Origin: Eledone cirrhosa
Lineage: Eukaryota
NCBI GenBank assembly: GCA_964016885.1
Contig: OZ024745.1
Location: 56,730,001 to 56,794,000 of the forward strand
DNA length: 64,000 nt
Direction of reading: 5' to 3'
Made by a program: the position numbers and the translations under genes
The notes under the pieces: generated by a model
Database searches by the model: none
Seen by the model: only the letters and a program-made list of their open reading frames with translations
Told to the model about the DNA's origin: nothing
In this document: piece by piece, positions 40,444-53,587 of the stretch
How the letters are laid out: every line of letters starts with the position of its first letter
How positions within the stretch are numbered: the stretch's first letter is position 1

Positions 40444-40583
40444 AGATATAATGTCATGTTACATGAGATATAATGTCACGTTTGCATACAACTGCTCTAT
40501 TCGTCTGTATATGTCAGATTTATCGGAGACATCCTCAATCATATTCTGTTGAAAAACTAAGCACCAAAACAGAAGTAAATGTA

Positions 40584-40645
<62 letters not shown>

Positions 40646-42182
40646 GCATATTTATATGTGTGTAGGTGTGTGTTTGTTAGGCTGCTTAGGTTACTGGTTT
40701 AGTTTTCGACAGAATATGATCGATATATGTAAGTACATTTGTTGATATGAAGGATTAGACCCCTTCAACGTGGTTGTACTCCGATGAACGAAAGATGTGA
40801 AAAAATAAAAGAATCAGCAATATAGATATATTATTACAATCATCATCATTCACTTGTTCCTCTCACTTTTAACTAGCTCAGTAGAGCGCCGACACCTGTA
40901 GCCTCAACTTATTGCCCAGTCGTCTTAAGATGATATAATATGTCTCAATGGCCTGAATATGAAGCTGTTACAATATCCATCCCACAGGCTTTAACACTGT
41001 CTCCGTCTATACAATTTCGCTTGAACTGATTGGATCTGACAGAGTTTCCAATGAAAAATCATATATGCACAGGATGCCACATATTGGTATCGATTTCAAT
41101 ACTTCTAATCGAACTCCATATAACTGTAGACTATGTTTACATATCTCTTGCACTTAATATCTCCTCCTCCCACCTCGCTCTCCCTTACTTTATATATATA
41201 AATGTATGAACGTTTGTATCAGCAAGATTGTCCATCCTTCATTCTTCTCTGTATTGAGTAGAATGAAAGATAGAACATCTTGGAGTATTCATATAAACGT
41301 ACATAAATCAATTAAATAACAAAATATAATTGGATTTTATTCTTTGTATATATATATATATAGGCTCTGTGGTATTGTAATCCTACTGTGATTGGAAACT
41401 GATTGGATTAACTCTAAACACTATTTTACCGATCTTACTATGATCTTACTGTGGACTGTAAAATCACGTATATGTTCACTTGTATGAACATATATTTATA
41501 CATATTTTTATGTTGGGTTTGTTTATAGTAGAAGTGTTTATTTGGATACAACTGGGTGTGTGTCTGTGCGTGTATACCAAAGTGTTTGTCTGTAGCATCA
41601 TTAATCGTTGGTTAATACCAGTAACCTACCTTTGATAGTTACTAAAACGTTGATCATCTAACTTCCCTATGATATAGTTTTCATGGTTTTTTTTTTTAGT
41701 AATACATCTGGGACTGTTGGTCAGTCATATTGAAATGCAGCAGCAGCTTACACCTTGTCCTCTAGGGCTTGATTTATGGATTATTTGCTACAACTGCTTC
41801 TGACACATTATTGGTTCTCTTTATATACAATTTCTTTTTGTACAAGTATATTCCATCTTCTTGTATTTTTCCTTACAGTGTTATAATCGGTACCAATGTA
41901 AAAACAATTGTATAACAATGAATAAGCTGAGAACGTTATTCTTTTATTTTCTTTGTGTTTATGTCTATCTTTCAGTATATTTTACCATGAGAATACCTCT
42001 CATATCTTCCACAAATTGAGCTTTGCAAAAAACTATTTGGCCATCATATACTCCTCAATATAGCATTCTTTATGTAAATAAATTTATATTTTTAAATTTA
42101 CTATAAATATGTGTGTGTGTGTGTGTGTGTGCGTGTGTGTGTGTGTGTACGTGTGAGTCAGTATGTGCGTGTGTGTGTGTGT

Positions 42183-42217
<35 letters not shown>

Positions 42218-45200
42218 GGGTTGTTTTGGGGATGGCTGGTAGGTATGGATTGCTGTTGATATATTATTTGACCACGTTTGAGTTTCTCTCCAGAAAATCA
42301 TTTAGATTTACTATTGTAATGTATATCTCAGTTTAATTAAGGATTTTCGTATTTACTTAAGTTCATTGAAACAACAGCATATACACAAGCGTAAATACAC
42401 ATACATATATTTATACATTAAAGAAGATTTTTTTCGCTTTGGGAAAAGGAAACATTCAATTTATTAATTTTCAAATAAATTCATAATTTGTTTACACAAG
42501 AGATTTTAATGGTATTTTCTATGTTTTTCTTTTAATTTGTGCTGAAAGATATAATTGACAATAAGGAATATTTTATTCATGTATATATCAACAATAAGAT
42601 TGAGATTCGAAGCTATTAATGGTGAAAGGCGATGACGAGAAGATAGAACACTCACACAGCCCCATACACTTCTAAACGCAAATAACGTCACAGTGAAAGA
42701 AGGGGAATAAAAGCGATCGGAGAATGCAAGTTGACCTACGTGAGATGGAACTAGCTTCTCTGTTCTACCTAGGTGTTCAGTCCTCCGAATTTTAATATGA
42801 CGTCATCCAGTGAAACATAACCTCGGACAGGCTGGTGCACGGGTTTGACGATCAACATTTAGCATGTTTTTGCTGGACCTCTCCACCCCATACTGGCGGT
42901 GGCTTAACCCCATACCCTTACTCACGGCATGATCTCGGCTGGACAGTGAGTGTTTGCCAATCCGTCTTTTCCTAAGGCTCGGCGTCATGATGTATTAGCC
43001 AAAAATGCCGCTGCGGATCAAATGCGTTTTTTTTCGGCCTCCCCCTTCTGTTATATCATTATAGTGTAAGCGGCCTCCCATACCATACTGCTCTCAACAA
43101 GATCGTAACCCATGACCTGGACGCTGCAGGGCAGCTTTCCTAGCTCGAGCCAGTACGCATGGACCAACGTGACAGCAAAATACTTGATGGGATGTCAAGC
43201 TTGCAGTTCCTTACTGGTAGGTCCCTCATTTGGCATGATAGATGTCACGATACAGTCGCCGGTGGTAAATCGGTGCATTCATCAACTAGCTCGTCAAGAA
43301 GAGGCCAGACGGTATTGGCTCCATGATCATATCCCTATTCCAGCGGGTTGGCTTCCCCTGTGAGTGAGCCTCGCGAGGTGAAGTGGCACTTCCAGAGTGT
43401 CTCCCTCGCTATCTTCCGAGGCAACGTCTCTCAATTCTGTCCGGGGAGAACACGATGCAGTCTAACCCTTAAAATATTGTTTTGTCCTTTGTTTATTAAA
43501 TGAATTATATTTTGTTTTAAATATTGACAGAATGTAAAAAAAGTGATTTGTTGAGAAAAATTAAAATGTTTAAACTAATAGAAACCTTATGACTGACAGT
43601 GAAGAAGTACATAACGGCTTCACTGTTCAAATATGTTATTCTACGTAACCGCAACACATGCCAGTGTGTATATGTGATTTAATATAAACGACTCGCCTAC
43701 ACATACATACAGAAAGAGGGAAGGAGAGCGAGAGAGATGAATTTTGAATATTCATATATATGAAATTTGTAAATTGTGTTTGCGTCTAGGTCTGTGTATC
43801 TCCGTATGTGTACGTGACTTTATAATTTAGGTGACATTTCTATCAACTGTGCTATCAGGAGAAACTTAATCATTTGAAAGATCTGCCTTGATGATTGCAT
43901 TACACCACTGGAAACAACATTCTGGGAATTGAGGTAAAGCCTCTTTCCTCCCCTAGATTACAAAATTAATTAGAACGCTGCATGTAATTCACTATGGACA
44001 TGGACAAGTTTAATCACAGCGCATTCCTTGATGCCTTTACGCAATGAATACCAACGAGATTTAATGCGATTTAAATTAATAATAAATCTCTTGGGTTTTG
44101 TCCTAAAAAGTAATACCGTACCTTCAACAGGAAATATGAAATAATCTCAACACGAGATTTTACATTGTTGCAAGTTTATTTTATAAGTAAAACAGATTCT
44201 AGGGCAGGCAAAGGTCAACACAATATTTTTGAAGTTTTAAGTCGATTAGAATTCAGTTGAATGCGTGATAATGGACATTTCTCTTTGTTTTAATGATGTC
44301 AATCTATACTTTGTTATTAAAATCTTTTCAATGTTCAGCATTCTGTCTACCTACCAAATAGTGTATTTGGAGTTACATTAACAAGCGGCTTCCCGTTTAA
44401 TAGTTGATTTATCTCCAGTTTCCGTCATATATCTTACAGGCCCAAATATTTCTTGCTACATATTTCTTATATTTCACTTTGCGATTTCAAGATCACGATT
44501 CTTACCCTCTACAACATAAAACTTTGTAACCAAGTGTTCCTTCCGTAACTAACCTGCTCTCCTCACTGTAATTTCGAGTCTGCTTTCCTAAATTGTTGAA
44601 TTTTCATTCTCTAATATATTTCTCTTTCGGTAATTATTTGCAATTACTTATCGATTCCATCCTAATGCAAAGAGGTTTGAGCCAAACGTCAAATGAACAC
44701 AGCATAAAACATAATGTATGTATGGCTTATCTCTATAATGAATAATAATTTCTTGACACTGAAAAACAACCACAAGTCTGTGAAGCAGAAATTTAACAAA
44801 CACTGCAGGCCCGAATATCAACAACAGAATAAATTGTAAATAAACAAAAACAGACGCATCTAATTAACACTCATAAATGGTATTGATTGGCCTGGCTTAA
44901 ATAAGTTTTATATGAAATTAAAAGCTGAAAGTTCGGATAGCATGTCGACACATTAACAATGGGCCCAGTCATGACACCAAGATAGCATTTCGTTAGTCAA
45001 CACCTGGAAATTGATATCATGACAGAGCAAAGACAACTGTCGTAGAAACTTTCATAGTGAGTTGAGCGAACGGTGACAATGCAATTGAAACCCTAACGTC
45101 TTATGTTCCTTACTAGTAACAGACATATTATCAAGGACAATCACTGCAAATTAACTAGCAGAAATGTTTGAAAACATATACGCTGTTAATAATTAAATGG

Positions 45201-46559
45201 AAAGTAACTTCGATTAAATATTATGTTAACTGAAATTATTTTCTAAAACTTTAATATAGTCATGCGAAAACATTAATTATTTTCAGAATATATTTGGTCG
45301 TTATTGTTAACATAGATTATTTCTAAAGAAAAAAACATTATTTATGTCACAAGAATTGATACGACCTATGTCATAAACCACAAAAAACGTAAACCGCCTT
45401 CTGCGTAACAGAACTTGTATTTGGGAAAACCTATAAAAACATCAAACAAATGCAATATATTAAACTATAGACGCATTTACTGTTACTTCGAAAATAGGTA
45501 TAGTAACAGCTTTTTTATGGTTGTCATTTACTATTGAATTTACACGTATGCAAACAGAAACACTGACGTAACTGGACAGTCAGATATATAGGGATGCCTA
45601 TATATAGAGAGAGTGAGATAGCTGGCCGGGTGGGTAAAAATATAGATAGATATATGTATATGAATATGGGCATGTTTGTATATCTCCCATATATACTCCA
45701 GTTATTTACATCCTATGATCACATGAATCGAACATTCTTAAAACGAACCCTTTTCTACAAGTCATTTTTCTCCCTTTCTTTCTTACTTTGTTTGTTTCTT
45801 TCATTCTTTCTTTCTTTCTTATTCGTCTTTTTTGATTTCGGTCAATATATAAGCTATTTCATGATGTAAAGATGTAGTTAATAGCATCTTTCAAAATCGG
45901 AGTGTTTATAACGGATTAGAAAAGAAGATAATTTTCAAATATTGGCTTTCCTACGTAGCCACATTTCGATTGTTAACAAGGACACCACAAAAGTATAATT
46001 CAAAGATATTGGATTACTTTTTTCTCTATAATGTTCCTGCAATCTTATAATTTTCGAAATAGCCATAGTTTCCTTTTTATTGTATGAGTTTCTTCTTTTT
46101 ACTCGTGTGTACATAGTAATCCGATTAGTGAACGCCGTTCACAGGATAATACGCTTTGGCAATGTTAAATGCAGATGATTCAAATCAGCTTTCCTTAATG
46201 GAAATATGTAAAATAGATATTTTCGACGATAGTCCGTTCTGTCTATGTTCATTTAAGTGAATAAAATTCGTTTAATATAAAGGGAAACAAAAGGGGATAT
46301 TGGTCAGATTGACATCAGATCTTAATTAAAGCTTGCGTTTGGTCCCTAGTGACAGACAACATTTCAACTGTTGTGATTGCCTCTTAAACCTTCTAAAATG
46401 AACAAGTTTCAGTCATAGTAGTTTGCACACATATATTAGAATCCTTCTCTCTATATATCTTGTCCTTTCTCTCTCCCCCTCTCCCTCTCTCCACCCTCTC
46501 CCTCTCTCCCTCCCTGTCCCCTTCTCTCTCTCTTCTCTCCATCCCTGCCCCCCTCTCTC

Positions 46560-46595
<36 letters not shown>

Positions 46596-46719
46596 GAGAG
46601 AGAGAGAGGAGGGAGAGTAGATAGAGAATGTCATACCTGGTATCTAGACAGACAGATAGACACGTAGACAGTCAAAGTGAAATATATATATATATATATA
46701 TAATCATGTTATTCTGGAG

Positions 46720-47145
46720 CGGTTAAATCCGTTGTGCAACGTCTATTTTCGACAGATGGTTCTCGCGGCTTTTGTCACCATGCCATGAGCAACCACCACC
46801 ACTGGGACAATGGCCACTGTCTACACTTATTTAATCCAGTATTTCAAGATATCATATTTTAAGTTGGTTTTTAGCCCCTACATTCTCATCTTTTCATTCA
46901 ATTGTGGTGTCGAAAAGACACTCTTCATCTGTGAGAGTACACTTTCTTTCATTCCTCTAAATTACAACATCTGGTTTGTTGTGTTCTATCTTCATCTCGG
47001 TCTGAATTCGGAATTCCCACACGGGCTTCATATTATGGTTCTCTAGCAATCTCATTCCATTTGTCACAGCATGTTCATAGATTTTTATCTACACATGGAA
47101 ACCTATACTTTTAGAATAACTTCCAGTGTCACATGGTACCATATA
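46720..47145 (-). pseudogene. R4/Dong-type LINE restriction-like endonuclease (RLE) fragment
   Basis: Hand translation HWKLF.KY, ENHNMKPVWEFRIQTEMKIEHNKPDVVI, CTLTDEECLFDT, VPVVVVAHGMVTK resembles 'WDF.IQTD..I.HNRPDIV...C..ID..CP.D...VPVVVGALG'. Confidence 0.7.
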
Positions 47146-49028
47146 TTGAATATTTACTAAACAGATAATACACCTTTACTACTACTTGCCAAAAAAAATC
47201 ATATCAGAACAATTTCATTAAGTAAACCAAGTATTTTATGTAACACTTGAATAACAAGGATAAATTTATATAATGAACCTATGATGCTAATTATATTCCT
47301 GTCTTGAACATTCAACATTGAAAGCGTCATCAAATAATAAAGATATAAAGCAATTTAGTTTATTGCAATTTCATCGGACGAATCAGATGAATTTGTTTGA
47401 TGTTAACTTTTCTTTGAATACAACTGATGGGAATACAAGGCAGAACTTGATTTACGTTTATAATCACATTAGATTCTGATATAATTTAAGAATATTCAAC
47501 AAATGGGGTTCTATGAAAGTATTTTTTAATGGAATATTCAGAGGAAGTATAACCGCAATGACTTTCCTAAATACCCTGGGAATGTTTTCAGAAACACAGA
47601 GAGATTCTCAATAACACCGAGTACAGTTTAATGTTCAGTATTTCGTTTATACTTATAAAGAGCGTTTAAAGAGCGTTATATTCAAGTATCTTCCGTCAAA
47701 AGATAAATTATGGATGTGGTTTGCTAGTTCATACATTAAGCTATTTTCAAACCACTCCTCATGACGAAATGAGAATGCTGTAGGCATATACGTAGGTGGG
47801 GCACTTAAGAAGATTAATGTTCTTGCACTATTTGTATTTATTTTTTTTTTTGTTTGGAAATCTGATTTAGTTTATATTCACTGATCCAGGAGAGAGGCTG
47901 GTTCACACTTTCAAGGAGAGAGGGTCATTACACATATTTCGTTTCTGTTTATATTCATATCGTAGTCTAGAAAACACTAAATTAGTTCATATAAAAATGG
48001 AACATGTCCATTACGACTTTCTAACGCCCCCAGCGCACCATATAGTAAAGAAAATTTGGTATGGTAAGACCTTTGGTTACTCATATAATCTATATTAGCA
48101 TTTGAATGCGATTTAGTAATGATTGGGGTGCCTTATTTTGTTAAAATACACAATAAGGTGTGCTGAAGCCTATTTCATATTACTGAGAAAATTCAATTGA
48201 GAGAAATGTTAAAATATTATAATGTTCAATATTATCGACTCATGCGATATAGTTGACGGCATATTTGGTTAACTTTAGCTATGTAATTTTCATAATTTAT
48301 TAATAACATAACGAAAATGACAAATGGGTACACATATTCTGCCACATATAAACACACATATAGACAAACCATTGTATAATATATAATAATAATAATAATA
48401 TGATTCTTTGCCTCTCTGAGTGAATATTGGTTGGGTATGTGATCATGTATATGCATGTGTTTGTAGTTATTTATAAAAACTTTGGAGAGGAGGGATGAAG
48501 TAAGTTAATTTGGTAAGGAAACTATTTTACAGTCAACGAAACGAAAGTGATAAACATGCATTATAATATTGAACTTTCGACGTCCCCAGACTTACACTAG
48601 ATTGCTATTCATTGCGAGACATACAAATAGCAGTTTGAAAGCCTGAAACTTATTGTTATAATACACACGTAAAGGTGAAATGTTTAAGGTTACAGTAAAG
48701 AACAACTCGATTCATTCACAAACTGAGTACATTCTAAATATAGATTCCAAGTTATTTATTTGATGAACAGGCTTGTAAAGAGCAAACGAAAATAGATAAA
48801 ACAAAATTATAAAACAAAATCGAACAAAGGTGACCGGAAATAGCAGCACAATTAAATGAATGGCTTTGTAAAATAGCAGTATTAATGAATATACAGTAAT
48901 GGCGGTGTAATAACAACAACAACAGCGGCAGCAGCAGCAGCAACAACAACTACAAATAGACCAGCAACTATAAAAACGACTACATATACAACAAATATAA
49001 CAATAGAATATTGATTTTTAGAATACTA

Positions 49029-49350
49029 ATTAATCAAGGCAATATTTATGCATCAGTTGAAATGTTGAATACCAAATACACCAATAGGAAACGAATATAA
49101 TTAGCCGGTGGATGTTATAACGCAGGGGTAAGTATATCAATTCGGGCAGAAATCAATCGGTGCATCGAACAAAATTCAATTGAATTTCTTTGTTTTACAG
49201 AAAAGCCCGGCATATATTGTTAAACTACCATCACCATGGGATAGCCACATATCTCTCCATTTTACTTATCTTTTGTGACACATGGAAAATCATTGTAAGT
49301 AACACTTCGTAAAGACTCCAATAATACACACGCACACACACACACACACA

Positions 49351-49388
<38 letters not shown>

Positions 49389-50200
49389 ATATTTTCTTTA
49401 GGATGTTTTGGAAGCCTCAACAATGCACATGGGTAATTCTCCGGGTAACAAGATCCGGTGGTGAAGAGAGAGATGTAAGTGAATGTAGAATGAGATGTAT
49501 AGTGTGTAACAAATAAAAATAATAATCTCTTGGGAGAAATTTAATTGTCCCTATATTTCGGATTCACATCCATCAAGTGGCGGGGTTTTCGGGGGGGGGT
49601 TATCTGTCAGATAGGAGCGATACGTGTCCTCCGCTGTTCGTTGTTTTCAAAACAATTAAATCTCACCCAAGGTAACTCTATCTCATGTTATTATTTTTAT
49701 TTTTTACGCTCTTTCCTACGTTCTTCTACACACTATACATCTCATTCTACATTCACTTACATCTCTCTCTTCACCACCGGATCTCGTTACCCGGAGAATT
49801 ACACATCTGCATTGTTGAGGCTTCCAAAACATCCTAAAGAAAATATATCTTATTATTTCACAATGCTTCAAGCAAACTTCAATACTCTCTTATATATATA
49901 TATATAATATCGGAGTCTTTTGTAAGATTTATTTACAATCAATTTACTAGTTTCACAGCTCCATGATTTTTAAAAGATAAGTGAGATGGAGAGATGTGCA
50001 GCTATACCGTTGTGAGATTAGTTTAACGTTATATAGCGGGTCCTTCCTGAAAAACACATTTGTTCGATGCATTGATTTCTGCCCGAACTGATATAATTAC
50101 CCCTGCATTATGTACATCCAGTGGCTATTTATATTCGTTTCCTACTCGTGTATTTGCTATTCTGCATTTCAACTGATGCATAAATATTGACTTGAGTAAT
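49029..50200. repeat. Nested fold-backs: old outer IR (49029-49327 / 49905-50200) around a younger asymmetric inner element (49386-49548 / 49652-49849, tail to 49890)
   Basis: Reverse-complement matches are visible for both pairs. Confidence 0.85.
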
Positions 50201-50242
50201 ATGTACGCACACACACACACAGATATATAAACATATATATAT

Positions 50243-50588
50243 TTAAAATCGATTGTCAACCAAAGAGTTACTTCAAATCATTTTATTAATATCTACACGC
50301 GTTTCAAATTCAATATTAGCATATAATTCTAAATCATCGTCAGGTTATAATTTCAATATTTGAATGATGTGAGTCTCAAAGAAGCTCAATAATCATAATC
50401 AATACAGTCAATGCCTTGATGATGCTTAAGTATTATATGCTATTATTGAGGTTCAAACGCATGTAGACATTAATAAAATTATTTGAAATACCCCTCTATG
50501 GTTGTCAATTGATTTTTAAGAAATTTATAGTTTTTAATCTACCCTAAGTGGTTAATACATCGAGGTTCTTGATAAGAAACCCGTTTGC
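50243..50588 (+). mobile_element. Old fold-back mini-element, family 4 (IR 50243-50519, tail to ~50588), with degenerate hammerheads at 50288-50349(-) and 50410-50471(+)
   Basis: Minus arm CTGACGA..GAAA-CGCGTG-TA-GATATT; plus arm TTGATGA..CAAA-CGCATG-TA-GACATT-AATAAA. Confidence 0.7.
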
Positions 50589-50711
50589 ATGTGTGTGAGC
50601 CTGTGTGTGTGTGTGTGTTTGTGGGTATGTGTGTGTCTGTGTGTGTGTATGTATGTGTGTGAGTGCGCGCGTGTGTGTGTGTGTATTATTATGAATCATT
50701 ATGTGATCTGT

Positions 50712-50900
50712 AAGGGCGGGGAATTGGCAGTATCGGTAGAGAGTCGGACACCATGCTTTGAAGCATATAGTTACGTCCCTTTACGATCTGAGTTCAAATC
50801 CCGCCGAGGTTAACTTTGCCTTTCATCCTTACGGGGTCGATAAAATAAAGTACCAGTAATGTACTGGGTAATTGCTGGCCTTGTGCCTAAAGTAGAAACA
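50712..50900 (+). mobile_element. SINE family A, 14-bp TSD
   Basis: ATTATGTGATCTGT at 50698-50711 and 50901-50914. Confidence 0.92.
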
Positions 50901-51424
50901 ATTATGTGATCTGTGATAAATGACTGATGGGTTTCAGAAAGCCTGTATGATGTGGCAAATAAAACACACATCAAGTTTTAAGCTCTTTTCAAATGTAAAA
51001 CGAAAACGGTGAAGAACGAAACGAACAATGTGTTCTTCCCTAACCGGTCTAAATATCTAAATTACGCATGGGTGGAGACATTATAGTAGCCAATCCACTT
51101 CGTGTATTTTCAATCCAATAATTGCTTTTGGCTCTCTCTTGTTATTCATAATGGCGCCTTTGATTCTTAAAATTCCCATATTACTTTTCGTTACGTCTAT
51201 GGTGACCTCAATATCAGTGCTGGGAATCTGTCATGATGGTTTTCGATTGTAGACGCACTCGTCATGTGTTCCTTCATTCGAATATCCAACATCCGTGTTT
51301 TATGCCCGGTCTACGAAGACCTACATTGTTTACATGTGAACTTGTAGCTCATTATCATGCACAATTCTCTGTTGTTGATGAGGCACATAGGATGTGTGCC
51401 CAAATCACTGTATTCAGGCGGTAT

Positions 51425-51810
51425 CTGTATATTCAGTTCTTCCATACATATGGCCTCTCGGGTGGCAGCGGTCGTTTTTCATTGGAATGTGGAGGTTTTA
51501 GGTAAAACATGTTACTTCTAGGTGCACATGTCCTCTCTGTAATCTTAAGTGTTGCTGCCTTGGCATATCGGTGTTTTATGAGAGAAGTAGGTTAGCTGTT
51601 CTCAGTGTCTGTAGAATAATCCTCTTAGTGAAGGTGCCAGCTATATATTCAGGCTCTACCTACGGATGGCAGCGCTCATCTTTTTATTGAAATGTGGCAG
51701 TTTTAGGTAGCATATGTTACTCTACGGGCATGTGATCTTTTTGTCCTTTAAGTGATGCCGCCTTGGGAATTCGGTGTTTGGTGAGATATGTAGGGTAGCC
51801 GTTCTCTGTG
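51425..51810. repeat. Diverged ~190-bp tandem duplication
   Basis: 51425-51610 aligns with 51640-51810 (GGCAGCG..ATTG.AATGTGG..GTTTTAGGTA..ATGTTACT). Confidence 0.65.
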
Positions 51811-52211
51811 ACAATTCTCTCTAATATCATCGTGCTGGTATGTTTGTCACTACCCTAGATGCATCTTTTGCGAATCTGGGCAAGTTCAATCCGTATATAG
51901 GTGTTTTGCCTCTGTAGGCTAGGGATTACTCTCATTTTGTTTTGATTCGATTCGGTTTTACATTTTAAATGTTTTACGTGAAATAACGTGCTGAAATATA
52001 TTGGGTAAAGTATTACTTTGTTTTGTTTTATTTGTCAGACTTCGTTCTTCATAAATTTCTCCCGTATTGAAACGGATTCTTGAAACCTATCATTCATTTA
52101 TTACATACATACATAGGCACGCACGTACACACACACGCGCGCGCGCACACATGCACACAGACACAGACACACACATACACACAAACACACACACACATAT
52201 ATATATCATTA

Positions 52212-53402
52212 TCTATAAAAGGCAGATTGTTGTTGTTGTGTGTGTGTGTGCACATGTTCCATGTTTATACATTTGCACAATTTCAAACCAATTCGACTCC
52301 ATGTCTGTGAGAATGTTGTAAATGGTCTAACTTAGGTCACGAACTATTTATTCCATTCAAAGCTACCCACAATTATGGAAATAATCGATAAAACTAAATA
52401 CATGATGCTCTATGCCTCTAATAGAATCTGCTTACCTCTCTCGATTCCTCTTCAAATTCGATAAAACTACATACATGCTTACAAACTTCCTTTAGGAACG
52501 CCGAACAGAGAGAGAGAAGAGGGTGAGAGGGAGAGAGAGAGAGAACGTTTGTTTTTGAGTGTGGAACGGTCAAACATTTATTTACTTCAATGACAAAGAG
52601 ATATTATTACATTTCATACGAAACGACAATTATTCAAAAGCAACAGATAAATGTATTCAACAACAACAAAAATGGCGATAAATCATTTTTTAAAACCTCT
52701 CAACGAACGTGGATTCTTACAGACTTTGAATCGAATCGGTTTGAAATTGTGCAAATGTATAAACATGGAACGTGTGCACACACACACACAACAACAACAA
52801 TCTGCCTTTTATAGATAATTGTTTCTACTTTTGGCACAAGGCCAGCAATTACCCAGTGCATTACTGGTACTTTATTTTATCGACCCCGTAAGGATGAAAG
52901 GCAAAGTCAACCTCGGCGGGATAATGATAAACAATAATATCCTCTATGAGGTCACTAAATCTGCTAGAAACAGCAGCTAACTCTCCCCCATATCACACCC
53001 CTCCCTACTGTCTTAAATTTAGAAAACATATCCTCTATGAGGTCACCAAACCTGCTAGAAACAGCAGCTAACTCTCCCCCATATCACACCCCTCCCTACT
53101 GTCTTAAATTTAGAAAACACACATTAGACTACCATGCAGAACAACTCCATAGCAGCTCTGTTGTTCGGCTGGCATCGTCTACGCGCGTGTTGCGCAAGTA
53201 CTGTGAAACAATAAATTTCAACACTTCTTTGCACAGAGATAACTACAATTGTCACTGCTGGCGCAGCTCCTGCTTCGGCAGTCCAGGTCTGCAATTCATT
53301 CACCCTGTGCCTGGCAGACAAAAAAGTGCTGCGATAAAATGGGTGGTGCAACCTAACTTTGGTAACTTACTGATCCCGAGCAACGCCGGGCTTTAATCCT
53401 AG
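52212..53402 (+). mobile_element. Non-autonomous Helitron, rearranged
   Basis: 5' A|TCTATAAAAGGC; 3' CCCGAGCAACGCCGGG hairpin + CTAG|T. It contains an inverted copy of its 5' end (52711-52815), a SINE A fragment (52817-52921) and a 92-bp tandem duplication (52937-53119). Confidence 0.65.
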
Positions 53403-53434
53403 TAAATATATAAATATATATATGAGCAAGGACT

Positions 53435-53587
<153 letters not shown>

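Noticed and set aside
42720-43470. GC-richer block, possibly LINE remnants
   Set aside because: Too degenerate to assign a family or frame with confidence.
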